Below, one piece after another: positions 8,423-16,201 of a stretch of DNA of 24,000 nucleotides. Source of the DNA: Bacteroidales bacterium (GTDB lineage Bacteria; Bacteroidota; Bacteroidia; Bacteroidales; JAAAOM01); assembly GCA_963665085.2 (NCBI GenBank), contig CAXXXS010000003.1:35295-59294 (forward strand). The letters run 5' to 3'. The position numbers and the translations under genes were made by a program. Below the pieces are notes generated by a model. The model had not been told where the DNA came from and made no database searches. It worked only from the letters and a program-made list of their open reading frames with translations. Every line of letters begins with the position of its first letter. The stretch's first letter is position 1.

Positions 8423-8645
8423 ACAATTAAGCTTTAATTTTATAATAAGGGAATAATACACTTTAGAATGCGACACAAAATTGACTCCTGATAATTAAAA
8501 CTTTATGAACCTGAAATTAAAATGGGATTAAAAATTTTATTGCCTTCTCGTTCAAGATAGATCATAATGATTTAACAATATTTTAATTTTTTTAACTTTT
8601 CTAGGTTCAAGTAATTACTTTATTTTAGCGTGTAAATTCTATAGA

Positions 8646-11231
8646 ATGAAAAAGCTTTCTCTTAGTCTCCCCAGACTATTCTACAACCAATTTTTCTGGC
8701 AGTCGATTTTATCTGTATTCATGATCGGAATGGCTATATTTTTTATCAGTCATGAACATGTAGAGATTTATGACATAAAAAAAAGTTTTACTACCCTCAA
8801 TATCCCATATTTCCTTCTGGGAATAATTGTAACCATTCTATATATCTTATTACAAGGAGAGATGTATGTGCAAAGCTTTGGCTCTCTGAATAAAACTGTT
8901 ACGTTACAACAAAGTATAATACTTTATCTCAAACGTAACCTTGTAAGTATTTTTCTTCCTGCCGGAGGATTTGCGTCTCTTGGTTTTTTCTCAAAAAATC
9001 TAGAATCCCGGGGCATAAAAAAATCCCAGGTGCACATAGCATCTTCTATTTATGGCATATGTTCATTATTATCAGTTATTGTAGTTGCTATTCCTGTTTT
9101 ATATTATGCATTGCTTAAAGGACAATTAAATCGGGCAGAGCTTTTAGGTTTTATTTTTCTTCTATTTCTTAATGTCGTTTTATTTGCTGCACTAATATCA
9201 CTTTCAAGGAGAGGCTGGGTATATCGATTTATGAATAATAAATTTCCACAATGGATGATAATAATAGATGATATATCTTCTCAAAAAATATCAAAAAAAC
9301 ATTTTCTAAGAACATTATCCATCTCTGTTATAATTGAAATTGTAGGTATTGCTCATTTATATATTGCTATGCTTGCCCTTAATCTCGATGCATCAATAGC
9401 AGCTGCTTTTATTGGATATATTGTTATGGTTATATTACTAATAGCATCTCCTTTTTTAAGAGGGCTTGGTGCAATTGAAATCTCAATCACCTATCTACTA
9501 AAACAATACGGTTTCTCTCTAAGTCAAGCGGCATCTGTCACATTACTTTTTAGGATTTTTGAGTTCTGGCTTCCCTTATTCTCGGGAGTTGCTAGTTTCT
9601 TTTCAAAAAAAGATAATATCATCCTTCGAATTTTCCCTGCAATATTCATTTTTTTACTTGGCATTGTGAATGTTATTTCTGCCATAACTCCGGCAATACC
9701 TTCTCGGCTCAAGCTCATAGAAGATTTTTTACCTATTGAATTAATCAATGCTTCCAATGGATTTGTCTTGTTATCGGGAGTGCTACTCATTCTAATTGCC
9801 GTTTTCTTACTGCAAGGTTCCAAACGGGCATGGTTTTTAGCCTTGGCTCTCACATCTCTCTCTGTTTTTGGACATCTAAGCAAAGCTATTGATTTTGAAG
9901 AAGCTATTTTTGCAATAGTAACACTTATAATTTTAATTTATACCCATGCGTCTTATAAATTAAAACCTCATCCTAAGCTTACGAGGTTAAGTCTTCGGGT
10001 TATTATTATCGGATTAGTAGCGGTATTACTTTATGGAGTTCTTGGATTTTATTTTGTAGATAAACGACACTTTGGTCAAGAATTTGAACTTACTGAATCC
10101 ATTAAAACCGTATTTAAATTATTCTTCCTTTTTGACAACTCGGGGATCCACACTCAAACATCTTTTGGTAAAAACTTCATCTATTCCTTCTATGGAGCAG
10201 GAACAGCTTACATCCTATTTGTCATCTACGGTTTTTTGCGACCTTACTTTGATAAACCTTACAATTCTGAAGAAGACACATTGTTGGTAACTAAACTTGT
10301 TGAGAAATACGGAAACTCAGCTCTTGATTATTTTAAAATATATCCAGACAAATTCTTTTTTATCACTGAAAACAAACAGGCATTTATCTCATTCAAAATA
10401 TCACGTTTCATGGCTATTGTTCTGGAAAATCCGGTAGCACGTAATGATGAAGATTTAAAACAAGCCATTATTGAATTTGACAAATATTGTGAAGAAAATG
10501 GATTTATCGCGATATATTACCGGGTTCCCATTGAAAGCTTACCAATATATTCGTCTTTAAACAAAAAATATTTCCCAATAGGAGAAGAAGCTATCATTGA
10601 TTTAACCACATTTAAAATGGATGGTAAAAAAATGCAGCCTACAAGAAGTGCGATAAACAGGCTTACTAACGAGGGGTATACCTTTAAGGTGTACAAACCT
10701 CCTATCAAAGAAGGTATTCTACAAAAATTAGAACTTGTGTCAAATCAATGGTTAAAAGATATGGGCCAAAAAGAAATAACCTTTACACAAGGTGTTTTTG
10801 ATCCTGATATCTTAAAGACACACACAATTTTCACAATAGAAGATACCGAAGAAAAAATATATGCATTCTTAAACCTGGTTCCGGTTTATACTCCGGGAAT
10901 TGTCACATATGATCTTATTCGAAAAATATCTAATGCCCCAAATGGAGTGATGGATATGTTACTTTGCAAAACATTCTTATATCTTCAGGAAAAAGCATAT
11001 GAAAAAGTTAACCTGGGGTTAGCTCCAATGTCTGGTATTGATGATGTAAGCCTAAAAGGCCGAACGATAAAATATGCTTATGAAAACATCCCAACCTTTG
11101 CCCATTTTAAAGGTCTACGTAAGTTTAAGGAAAAATTTTTTCCTTATTGGGAGAAAAAATACTTGATTTACAATAATGATTATCACTTATTACAAGTCCC
11201 AACTGCTCTAAAAAAAGTTTCAGAGCTTTAG
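8646..11231 (+). CDS. mprF: bifunctional aminoacyl(lysyl)-phosphatidylglycerol synthase/flippase
   Basis: 861 aa. The N-terminal ~540 aa are polytopic membrane helices. The C-terminal ~300 aa resemble the LPG-synthase C-terminal domain (DUF2156): YGNSALDYFKIYPDKFFF, FISFKISRFMAIVLENPV, KMQPTRSAINR, VNLGLAPMSG, LRKFKEKFFPYWE. Confidence 0.88.
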   Translation: MKKLSLSLPRLFYNQFFWQSILSVFMIGMAIFFISHEHVEIYDIKKSFTTLNIPYFLLGIIVTILYILLQGEMYVQSFGSLNKTVTLQQSIILYLKRNLVSIFLPAGGFASLGFFSKNLESRGIKKSQVHIASSIYGICSLLSVIVVAIPVLYYALLKGQLNRAELLGFIFLLFLNVVLFAALISLSRRGWVYRFMNNKFPQWMIIIDDISSQKISKKHFLRTLSISVIIEIVGIAHLYIAMLALNLDASIAAAFIGYIVMVILLIASPFLRGLGAIEISITYLLKQYGFSLSQAASVTLLFRIFEFWLPLFSGVASFFSKKDNIILRIFPAIFIFLLGIVNVISAITPAIPSRLKLIEDFLPIELINASNGFVLLSGVLLILIAVFLLQGSKRAWFLALALTSLSVFGHLSKAIDFEEAIFAIVTLIILIYTHASYKLKPHPKLTRLSLRVIIIGLVAVLLYGVLGFYFVDKRHFGQEFELTESIKTVFKLFFLFDNSGIHTQTSFGKNFIYSFYGAGTAYILFVIYGFLRPYFDKPYNSEEDTLLVTKLVEKYGNSALDYFKIYPDKFFFITENKQAFISFKISRFMAIVLENPVARNDEDLKQAIIEFDKYCEENGFIAIYYRVPIESLPIYSSLNKKYFPIGEEAIIDLTTFKMDGKKMQPTRSAINRLTNEGYTFKVYKPPIKEGILQKLELVSNQWLKDMGQKEITFTQGVFDPDILKTHTIFTIEDTEEKIYAFLNLVPVYTPGIVTYDLIRKISNAPNGVMDMLLCKTFLYLQEKAYEKVNLGLAPMSGIDDVSLKGRTIKYAYENIPTFAHFKGLRKFKEKFFPYWEKKYLIYNNDYHLLQVPTALKKVSEL

Positions 11232-11233
11232 TT

Positions 11234-11929
11234 TCACTCGTTTATCTCGTCAAAAACAGTTTTTACTAATGCTGTATAATCGTTATCAAACCTATGTTCT
11301 CCTGGTAAAACTTTAATCTTTATATTTTTATTGTGTAAACTATTTTTGATAGTATCCTCCTCATCTTCAGGAAACAAACATAAAATTTTATGATCGTGAA
11401 TTGCATTTAGTTCATCAGGAATGTTATATTTTCTCTCAACCGAGTTGTTCCCCATCATATCCATTATTTTTATCTCAAAATCAGTTGAGGCATAGGGAAC
11501 TAATAATATTAATGCCTTCATTTTGTCTAAGATATCTTTTGATATCCGCCTGGGGACGAAAGCAGAAACATCAGCACCAAATGAATATCCTATAAGTACA
11601 AATGAATTGCTTCTCCATTGCTCCATATAATAATTGGCCAGATACTCAATATCTGATGTAAATTCATCAGGGTTTTTTGCAGTCCAAAAATATTTTTTAC
11701 TATCAAGAGCAGCGACAGAAAATTCATTCTTAACCAACTCTTTACATAACGATTCACTAAATGTATTAATACCGCCATCTCCACTAATATAGATAACAGG
11801 CATACTCCTTTCATTCCTCTCGCTAACAAATTCTGTTACCGGTAATTCGTTTATTAATGGTTTCATTTTACTCGAAAAATTAAAAAATGCGCAAACTATA
11901 AGAATATGAAGTAATATTATATATTTCAT
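11234..11929 (-). CDS. VirJ/AcvB-family alpha/beta hydrolase (putative aminoacyl-phosphatidylglycerol hydrolase), secreted
   Basis: 231 aa. Signal-like N-terminus MKYIILLHILIVCAFFNF. VirJ-type motifs YISGDGG and the nucleophile elbow GYSFGAD (Ser codon at 11582-11584). Its stop codon lies 2 nt from the mprF stop codon, convergent. Confidence 0.72.
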   Translation of the reverse strand: MKYIILLHILIVCAFFNFSSKMKPLINELPVTEFVSERNERSMPVIYISGDGGINTFSESLCKELVKNEFSVAALDSKKYFWTAKNPDEFTSDIEYLANYYMEQWRSNSFVLIGYSFGADVSAFVPRRISKDILDKMKALILLVPYASTDFEIKIMDMMGNNSVERKYNIPDELNAIHDHKILCLFPEDEEDTIKNSLHNKNIKIKVLPGEHRFDNDYTALVKTVFDEINE

Positions 11930-12105
11930 TCTTTGAAGCTTATTCCAAATTAAAACAAATTTTAAGAATATTTAGCCAGGTGATTTAAATAACATCATTG
12001 AAACATCAAAATTTATTGTATTTATAAGGTTTAAATGAACTTCTACTAGTGCAATTTATATTAAAAATAAAACTTACATTTAAGCAAAAATAGCGTTCAG
12101 ATAAT

Positions 12106-12963
12106 ATGAAAAAAATATTATTTCCTTTCCAGCTTGAAGAAGATATATATAAAGAAGCATTTGTTAGTGCAGTGAAATTTGCCAGAAACATGAATGCAGA
12201 ACTAATCTTACTTAATACTTTTGAAATTAATGTTGACAATAACATTACAGCTGACAAATACAATAAACTCATCCGCGAAAAATGGATTTTAGCATACAAC
12301 GAGGTAACAAAATTTAATCATTACTACTTGCATCATTTTGCTAAAATACATGAAGAGCTTAACATAAAGTTTGTTCACCGCTTCTTGCATGGAAAACAAT
12401 TAGAAACAATTAGAAACATTATTTCTAATGAAGACATTGATTTGATAATAATTCCTTTTTCTAAAAATACGGAACACAATAAACATCAATTTCAAATTAT
12501 ACATAATGATATTTTTGATGAAAGGACAACATCCATATTAGCCTTCCCTAACGGATATGAGTATAATCCGATTCTTAAAATTGTTTTTGCAACTGATTTA
12601 AAAGACCATTTTTATTACGAATTTTATTTGAATGAGATATTAAAATATGCTAAAGTTTTTAATGCTTCAATTCATTTTATTCATGTCAATGCAAATGAGT
12701 CTAATGAAGAGCATAAAAACACAAAAACATACGAAATCATATCCCAAATAGTTAAGAATAATGGTAATCATTGTTTTAAATCTATTAAAGGAAAAGAGAT
12801 TGTCTCTACGTTGCAAAAGTATTCTGAGGAAAACGATATCAATATGTTATCTGTTGTAAAAACAGAGCAAAGTGTTTTGGGAGAGTTATTTCATAAAAGT
12901 ATTAGCGACAAAACCATTGGAACATCAAAAATTCCAATTTTGTTTATGAAAGAAAAAAGATGA
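12106..12963 (+). CDS. universal stress protein family protein (tandem USP domains)
   Basis: 285 aa. Both halves begin with the Bacteroidota USP pattern (MKKILFPFQLEED...AVKFARNMNAELILLNTFE; KIVFATDLKD...YAKVFNASIHFIHV). C-terminus ...TSKIPILFMK. Confidence 0.68.
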   Translation: MKKILFPFQLEEDIYKEAFVSAVKFARNMNAELILLNTFEINVDNNITADKYNKLIREKWILAYNEVTKFNHYYLHHFAKIHEELNIKFVHRFLHGKQLETIRNIISNEDIDLIIIPFSKNTEHNKHQFQIIHNDIFDERTTSILAFPNGYEYNPILKIVFATDLKDHFYYEFYLNEILKYAKVFNASIHFIHVNANESNEEHKNTKTYEIISQIVKNNGNHCFKSIKGKEIVSTLQKYSEENDINMLSVVKTEQSVLGELFHKSISDKTIGTSKIPILFMKEKR

Positions 12964-12976
12964 AAATTTGAAATTT

Positions 12977-13023
12977 AGGGCAGTAACTTCATTAGAACAC
13001 TAGCTCCTGCCCTTGTTTTTTTT
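12977..13023 (+). terminator. putative intrinsic terminator after the USP gene
   Basis: 7-bp GC-rich stem AGGGCAG (12977-12983) / CTGCCCT (13007-13013) followed by TG + T8 (13016-13023). The 23-nt loop is larger than is typical. Confidence 0.45.
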
Positions 13024-13033
13024 AAATTTGATA

Positions 13034-13198
13034 CTAACCAACCAACTCTCTTTCTGCCTGGACCCAATCTGAAAGTTCATCACCTGGTACATTTTGTTCC
13101 ATACGTTTTTGATAAATCTCTTGTGCCCGTTTTTGAATATCTTCAAACGGAACTTTTCTCTTTGCCTTTACACTTGTAGTTGTCTTTTTTGTTGCCAT
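13034..13198 (-). CDS. DUF2934-like small protein (54 aa)
   Basis: Hand translation of the minus strand: MATKKTTTSVKAKRKVPFEDIQKRAQEIYQKRMEQNVPGDELSDWVQAERELVG. The segment ...I..RA.EIY..R.......D..DW.QAEREL is the DUF2934 signature as I remember it. Not in the ORF track because it is under 60 aa. Confidence 0.6.
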   Translation of the reverse strand: MATKKTTTSVKAKRKVPFEDIQKRAQEIYQKRMEQNVPGDELSDWVQAERELVG

Positions 13199-13388
13199 TT
13201 TGATTTAATTATTTATTATTTGGAAATTTTCACATCCATAAATTTAATAAATCTTCACAAAAAAAAGTAATAAATATGATTACAAACTTATATTGTTTTT
13301 CATACAAAGTTAATAGACAGAGTCTTTTCTACATATCCGTTATATCTTACCTGTTTTTTTGTTGAATAAAAACAACCTATCAAACCAT

Positions 13389-13715
13389 CTAACATGCAAT
13401 GGGCTTTTTATGAAAAATTAAAAAAATATTTGTGCCATTTTTATTTAAATAATAATCCTCAACATTAATACTTTCAGGTAAAGTAAATTCCATATTTGTA
13501 TGGAGTACTTTTGTTGGCAAATCAACAGCATGAATTGGGGCTTCAAGGTTTACAAGCAGTTCATTTTCCGGATTATTGATTTCAACATCAATATAATCAG
13601 AAAATGTAGAACTGATATTTACTAAAAAAACCCTTTCTGAATCTATTTTCTCAATTTCAAAATAATCGAACTCAACTTTTCTTTCATTTGAGTTCAATAA
13701 AAAAGTATTGTTCAT
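13389..13715 (-). CDS. hypothetical protein (108 aa)
   Basis: Clean ATG ORF in an otherwise empty gap. No confident family. The C-terminal pattern FTLPESINVEDYYLNKNGTNIFLIFHKK is faintly reminiscent of Hsp20/alpha-crystallin C-termini, but too weakly for a call. Confidence 0.45.
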   Translation of the reverse strand: MNNTFLLNSNERKVEFDYFEIEKIDSERVFLVNISSTFSDYIDVEINNPENELLVNLEAPIHAVDLPTKVLHTNMEFTLPESINVEDYYLNKNGTNIFLIFHKKPIAC

Positions 13716-13912
13716 CTTTGTAGCTCTAAAAATAATTTGTATGCCAAAATTATTTTCAGGTAATTAAGAGAATATTAGTCCGGGATTAAAAACAGATTAA
13801 GATTCCTGTATCCTTTGTTCTCGACTTAGCTCGAACTAACCTTGTTTATCAGTTAATTGTCACTTCATCTGAATTCAAGAAGCCATTATAATTTGATTCT
13901 ATTTCCAACCTT

Positions 13913-15334
13913 CTATTGAGATTTTTTTTGAATCTCATTTAAAATAAACCCCCATGCATCTTTAACATGTCTCTCCACAACATATGTTTGACCAGGTATA
14001 AAACGCAACGTATATTTTCCATTCAGGACTGTATGAGAAATATACATCTTCCCTGACTTATTTATATTATCAAGTAACGACTTGTTTAATGCATTAAGCC
14101 CTTCTTCTTTAATATTTCCGGGATTGTACCTAAAACACACAAGATTCAAAGTTCTTGGGGCAAGGAGTTCGAAGTCTTTATGGTCAATAATAAATTGCTC
14201 AAATAACTTCCCGTATTCAATATGGTTTCTTAACGTCTGTTGTAACCCTTCAACACCATAACTTCTAATTACAAACCAGAGTTTTAATGCACGGAAACGT
14301 CTGCCGAGTTGTATTCCCCAATCGCTATAGTTATTAACCTGTTTATCCAAATCAGATTTTAGGTATTCGGGTACCAACTGAAATGTTTTAACAAGCGTAT
14401 TTTTATCTTTTACAAAAAAGGCAGAACAGTCAAAATTTGTAAACAACCACTTATGAGGATTAAACACCATACTATCTGCATTCTCCAGGCCTTTAACCAT
14501 CCATCGATATTCAGGAAGCATTAACGCATTACCAGCATATGCAGCATCAACATGGAGCCATACATTATGTTTTTGGCAAACTTCAGCGATTTGTTCCAAC
14601 GGATCGATTGATGTTGTACTGGTTGTTCCTATTGCTGCAACAACACATACCGGTAAAAACCCATCTTTTTTATCTTGAGTAATGGCTTTGTCCAGTTCAT
14701 CAGGAATCATCTCAAAACGATTATTAACTTCAATTTTCACGAGATTTTTAAGTCCTATTCCTGCAATTTTTACTGCTTTGTCTACAGACGAATGTGTTTG
14801 AGTTGAACAGTAAACCCTCATAGGAGGAAAAGCAGAAAATCCTTCCTCATTAATCGTAAAATTAGTGGCTTTTTCCCTGGCTGTTAAAATAGCTGCTAAT
14901 GTTGATGTGGAAGCTGTATCCTGTATTACACCGTTAAACTCAGAAGGTAAATCCAGCATGTCTTTTATCCAGTTCATTACTCTTTCTTCCAGTTCGGTTC
15001 CAGCAGGTGATGTTTCCCATTTCATACATTGAGCAGCCAGGGCGGATGTTAGCATTTCTCCCAGGACAGAAGGATAACTGGAATTAGCAGGAAAATAAGC
15101 AAAAAAATTAGGACTTTGCCAGTGACTAATACCGGGCAATAATGTTTCCTTAAAATCATTAAAGATAGTTGAGACTTCCTCTCCTTTTAATGGAGCCTTA
15201 TCGGGTAACTGGTTATAAATTTCATTTGGTTTTACCTGCGATTTAACAGGATAGTTTTCTATGTTTTTGAAGTATTCGGTTATCCATTCGATGAATTGAT
15301 GAGCCTCCTTATTGAATTGTTCAAGATTAAGCAT
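13913..15334 (-). CDS. PLP-dependent aromatic-L-amino-acid decarboxylase (group II, DDC/TDC-like)
   Basis: Strong resemblance to animal and plant DDC: HWQSPNFFAYFPANSSYPSVLGEMLTSAL...SPAGTELEERVMNWIKDMLDLP, and the PLP-lysine motif FNPHKWLFTNFDCSAFFVK (Lys codon at 14450-14452). The track start at 15430 is a TTG. The ATG at 15334 (MLNLEQFNKEAHQFIEWI) gives the normal N-terminus. Confidence 0.9.
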   Translation of the reverse strand: MLNLEQFNKEAHQFIEWITEYFKNIENYPVKSQVKPNEIYNQLPDKAPLKGEEVSTIFNDFKETLLPGISHWQSPNFFAYFPANSSYPSVLGEMLTSALAAQCMKWETSPAGTELEERVMNWIKDMLDLPSEFNGVIQDTASTSTLAAILTAREKATNFTINEEGFSAFPPMRVYCSTQTHSSVDKAVKIAGIGLKNLVKIEVNNRFEMIPDELDKAITQDKKDGFLPVCVVAAIGTTSTTSIDPLEQIAEVCQKHNVWLHVDAAYAGNALMLPEYRWMVKGLENADSMVFNPHKWLFTNFDCSAFFVKDKNTLVKTFQLVPEYLKSDLDKQVNNYSDWGIQLGRRFRALKLWFVIRSYGVEGLQQTLRNHIEYGKLFEQFIIDHKDFELLAPRTLNLVCFRYNPGNIKEEGLNALNKSLLDNINKSGKMYISHTVLNGKYTLRFIPGQTYVVERHVKDAWGFILNEIQKKSQ

Positions 15335-15356
15335 TTTATTAATTTTTAGTGAAGAA

Positions 15357-15364
15357 CAAAAATA
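15357..15364 (-). promoter_or_regulatory. candidate Bacteroidota -7 promoter box (TATTTTTG) for the decarboxylase gene
   Basis: The minus strand reads TATTTTTG, an exact match to TAnnTTTG, ending 22 nt before the ATG at 15334. Only a TTTC (not TTTG) sits at about -33. This is a motif match with no transcript evidence. Confidence 0.3.
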
Positions 15365-15413
15365 GAAAGGTTGTTGTATTTTTTTTGAAATCTTTGAATA
15401 AAAATAATTCCTG

Positions 15414-15436
15414 CTAAGCGAAGTTTGCAACTTTGC
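15414..15436 (+). repeat. 23-nt imperfect direct repeat, copy a (itself an 8-bp hairpin)
   Basis: CTAAGCGAAGTTTGCAACTTTGC matches 15723-15745 at 19/23 positions. Internally GCGAAGTT/AACTTTGC can pair (one G-U). Confidence 0.6.
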
Positions 15437-15550
15437 TCATATACAAAACAGTATTTTTTGCAATCCAGCAACAGCAGTTACAAACTGCCAATAAAAATTC
15501 AACGTAGATACGCAGGACGAAAGATATGATCTAAATAACAAAATTTTTAA

Positions 15551-15711
15551 ACGCTTCCAGGTCTTCCTGATGCTGGAAGGTTGTTCCTCATTTGTTGTTG
15601 CCTGACCTCATAAACTATAAACTCTGTCAGGTTCGTTGAACTCTGACTAGTTGTAAATCACTGGTGTGGCAAAACCCGACAGAGTCGTTAGACCTGTCGG
15701 AGTTACTTTTT
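15551..15711. other. hairpin-dense, G+C-enriched intergenic island; candidate structured RNA or decayed small insertion (function unknown)
   Basis: Hand count gives 77/170 G+C (45%) for 15551-15720, against ~22% for 15841-15960. Hairpins are CTTCCAG/CTGGAAG (15554-60/15573-79) and CCTGAC/GTCAGG (15601-06/15626-31). The second has a competing form GTCAGGTTC/GAAC-t-CTGAC (15626-34/15638-47). A third, CCGACAG-a-GTC[GTTA]GAC-CTGTCGG (15676-15700), is followed by T5 at 15707-15711. Confidence 0.3.
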
Positions 15712-15722
15712 GGACACTCAGA

Positions 15723-15745
15723 CTAAGCAAAGTTTGTAGCTTCGC
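15723..15745 (+). repeat. 23-nt imperfect direct repeat, copy b
   Basis: CTAAGCAAAGTTTGTAGCTTCGC, 19/23 identical to 15414-15436. Both copies are followed by (C)ATATA. Confidence 0.6.
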
Positions 15746-15781
15746 ATATATGTACACTTTTAATTTCCTGTTTATACCTCA

Positions 15782-15816
15782 TTTGTTGATCATCTAACCT
15801 CATTTATTTAACTTTG
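15782..15816 (+). promoter_or_regulatory. candidate Bacteroidota promoter (-33 TTTG / -7 TAACTTTG) facing the large surface-protein gene
   Basis: TTTG at 15782-15785 and TAACTTTG (TAnnTTTG) at 15809-15816. The 23-nt spacing is slightly longer than the usual 19-21. It would imply a ~380-nt leader. A second exact TAnnTTTG (TAAATTTG) lies at 16003-16010. Confidence 0.25.
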
Positions 15817-16201
15817 TACCTTGTTTAGCCACTTCAAAACATCATTTAGTAAATTCTGTGCAGTAAAAAAATAAAGTCCAAATTAAAACACACATTAAAT
15901 TATTAAAATATAAACGTTAGTTTTGCGGATTGATAGATATATGTGAAAAAGTTCTTTGAATTTGAAATATATACTGCTGAATTTCATAAAAATTAACAAC
16001 AATAAATTTGCAAATTTGTGATTACCATATATAAAAAGAATGTTACACACAAAAAAGTTTATGTTCGCCAAAAAACACTTACACAAAAAGCAAGAAATCT
16101 TATTTTTACGTATAAAATTTAACTATGTTTCAAAAAAAAATGTCCCTAAATTAAATATGAATCAAGAATAACCTTTTTAACCAAAAAATAAAATCTTAAC
16201 T

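Noticed and set aside
7102-11829. Short overlapping ORFs 7102-7362(-), 7578-7805(+), 9524-9883(-), 10072-10290(+), 10517-10708(-), 11401-11595(+) and 11590-11829(-).
   Set aside because: Each lies inside, and out of frame with or antisense to, a strongly supported gene (MscS, MprF or the VirJ-like gene). None has recognisable motifs.
12006-12299. 97-aa minus-strand ORF overlapping the USP gene start, and the 63-aa ORF at 15895-16086(-).
   Set aside because: Both are AT-rich, low-complexity (Phe/Ile/Leu/Asn/Lys) translations typical of non-coding AT-rich DNA. The first also conflicts with the USP gene.
15551-15632. Resemblance to SRP (4.5S) RNA domain IV: CCAGGTC...GGAAGG on the plus strand and GGTCAGG on the minus strand.
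   Set aside because: The conserved GGUCCGGAAGGAAGCAGCC core with its GNAR loop is not present on either strand. Only short chance matches exist.
15626-15647. tRNA-like T-arm, GTCAG-GTTCGTTGAAC-CTGAC with a GGTTCG motif.
   Set aside because: No acceptor, D or anticodon arms can be built around it, the loop does not match TTCRANY, and no cloverleaf is possible.
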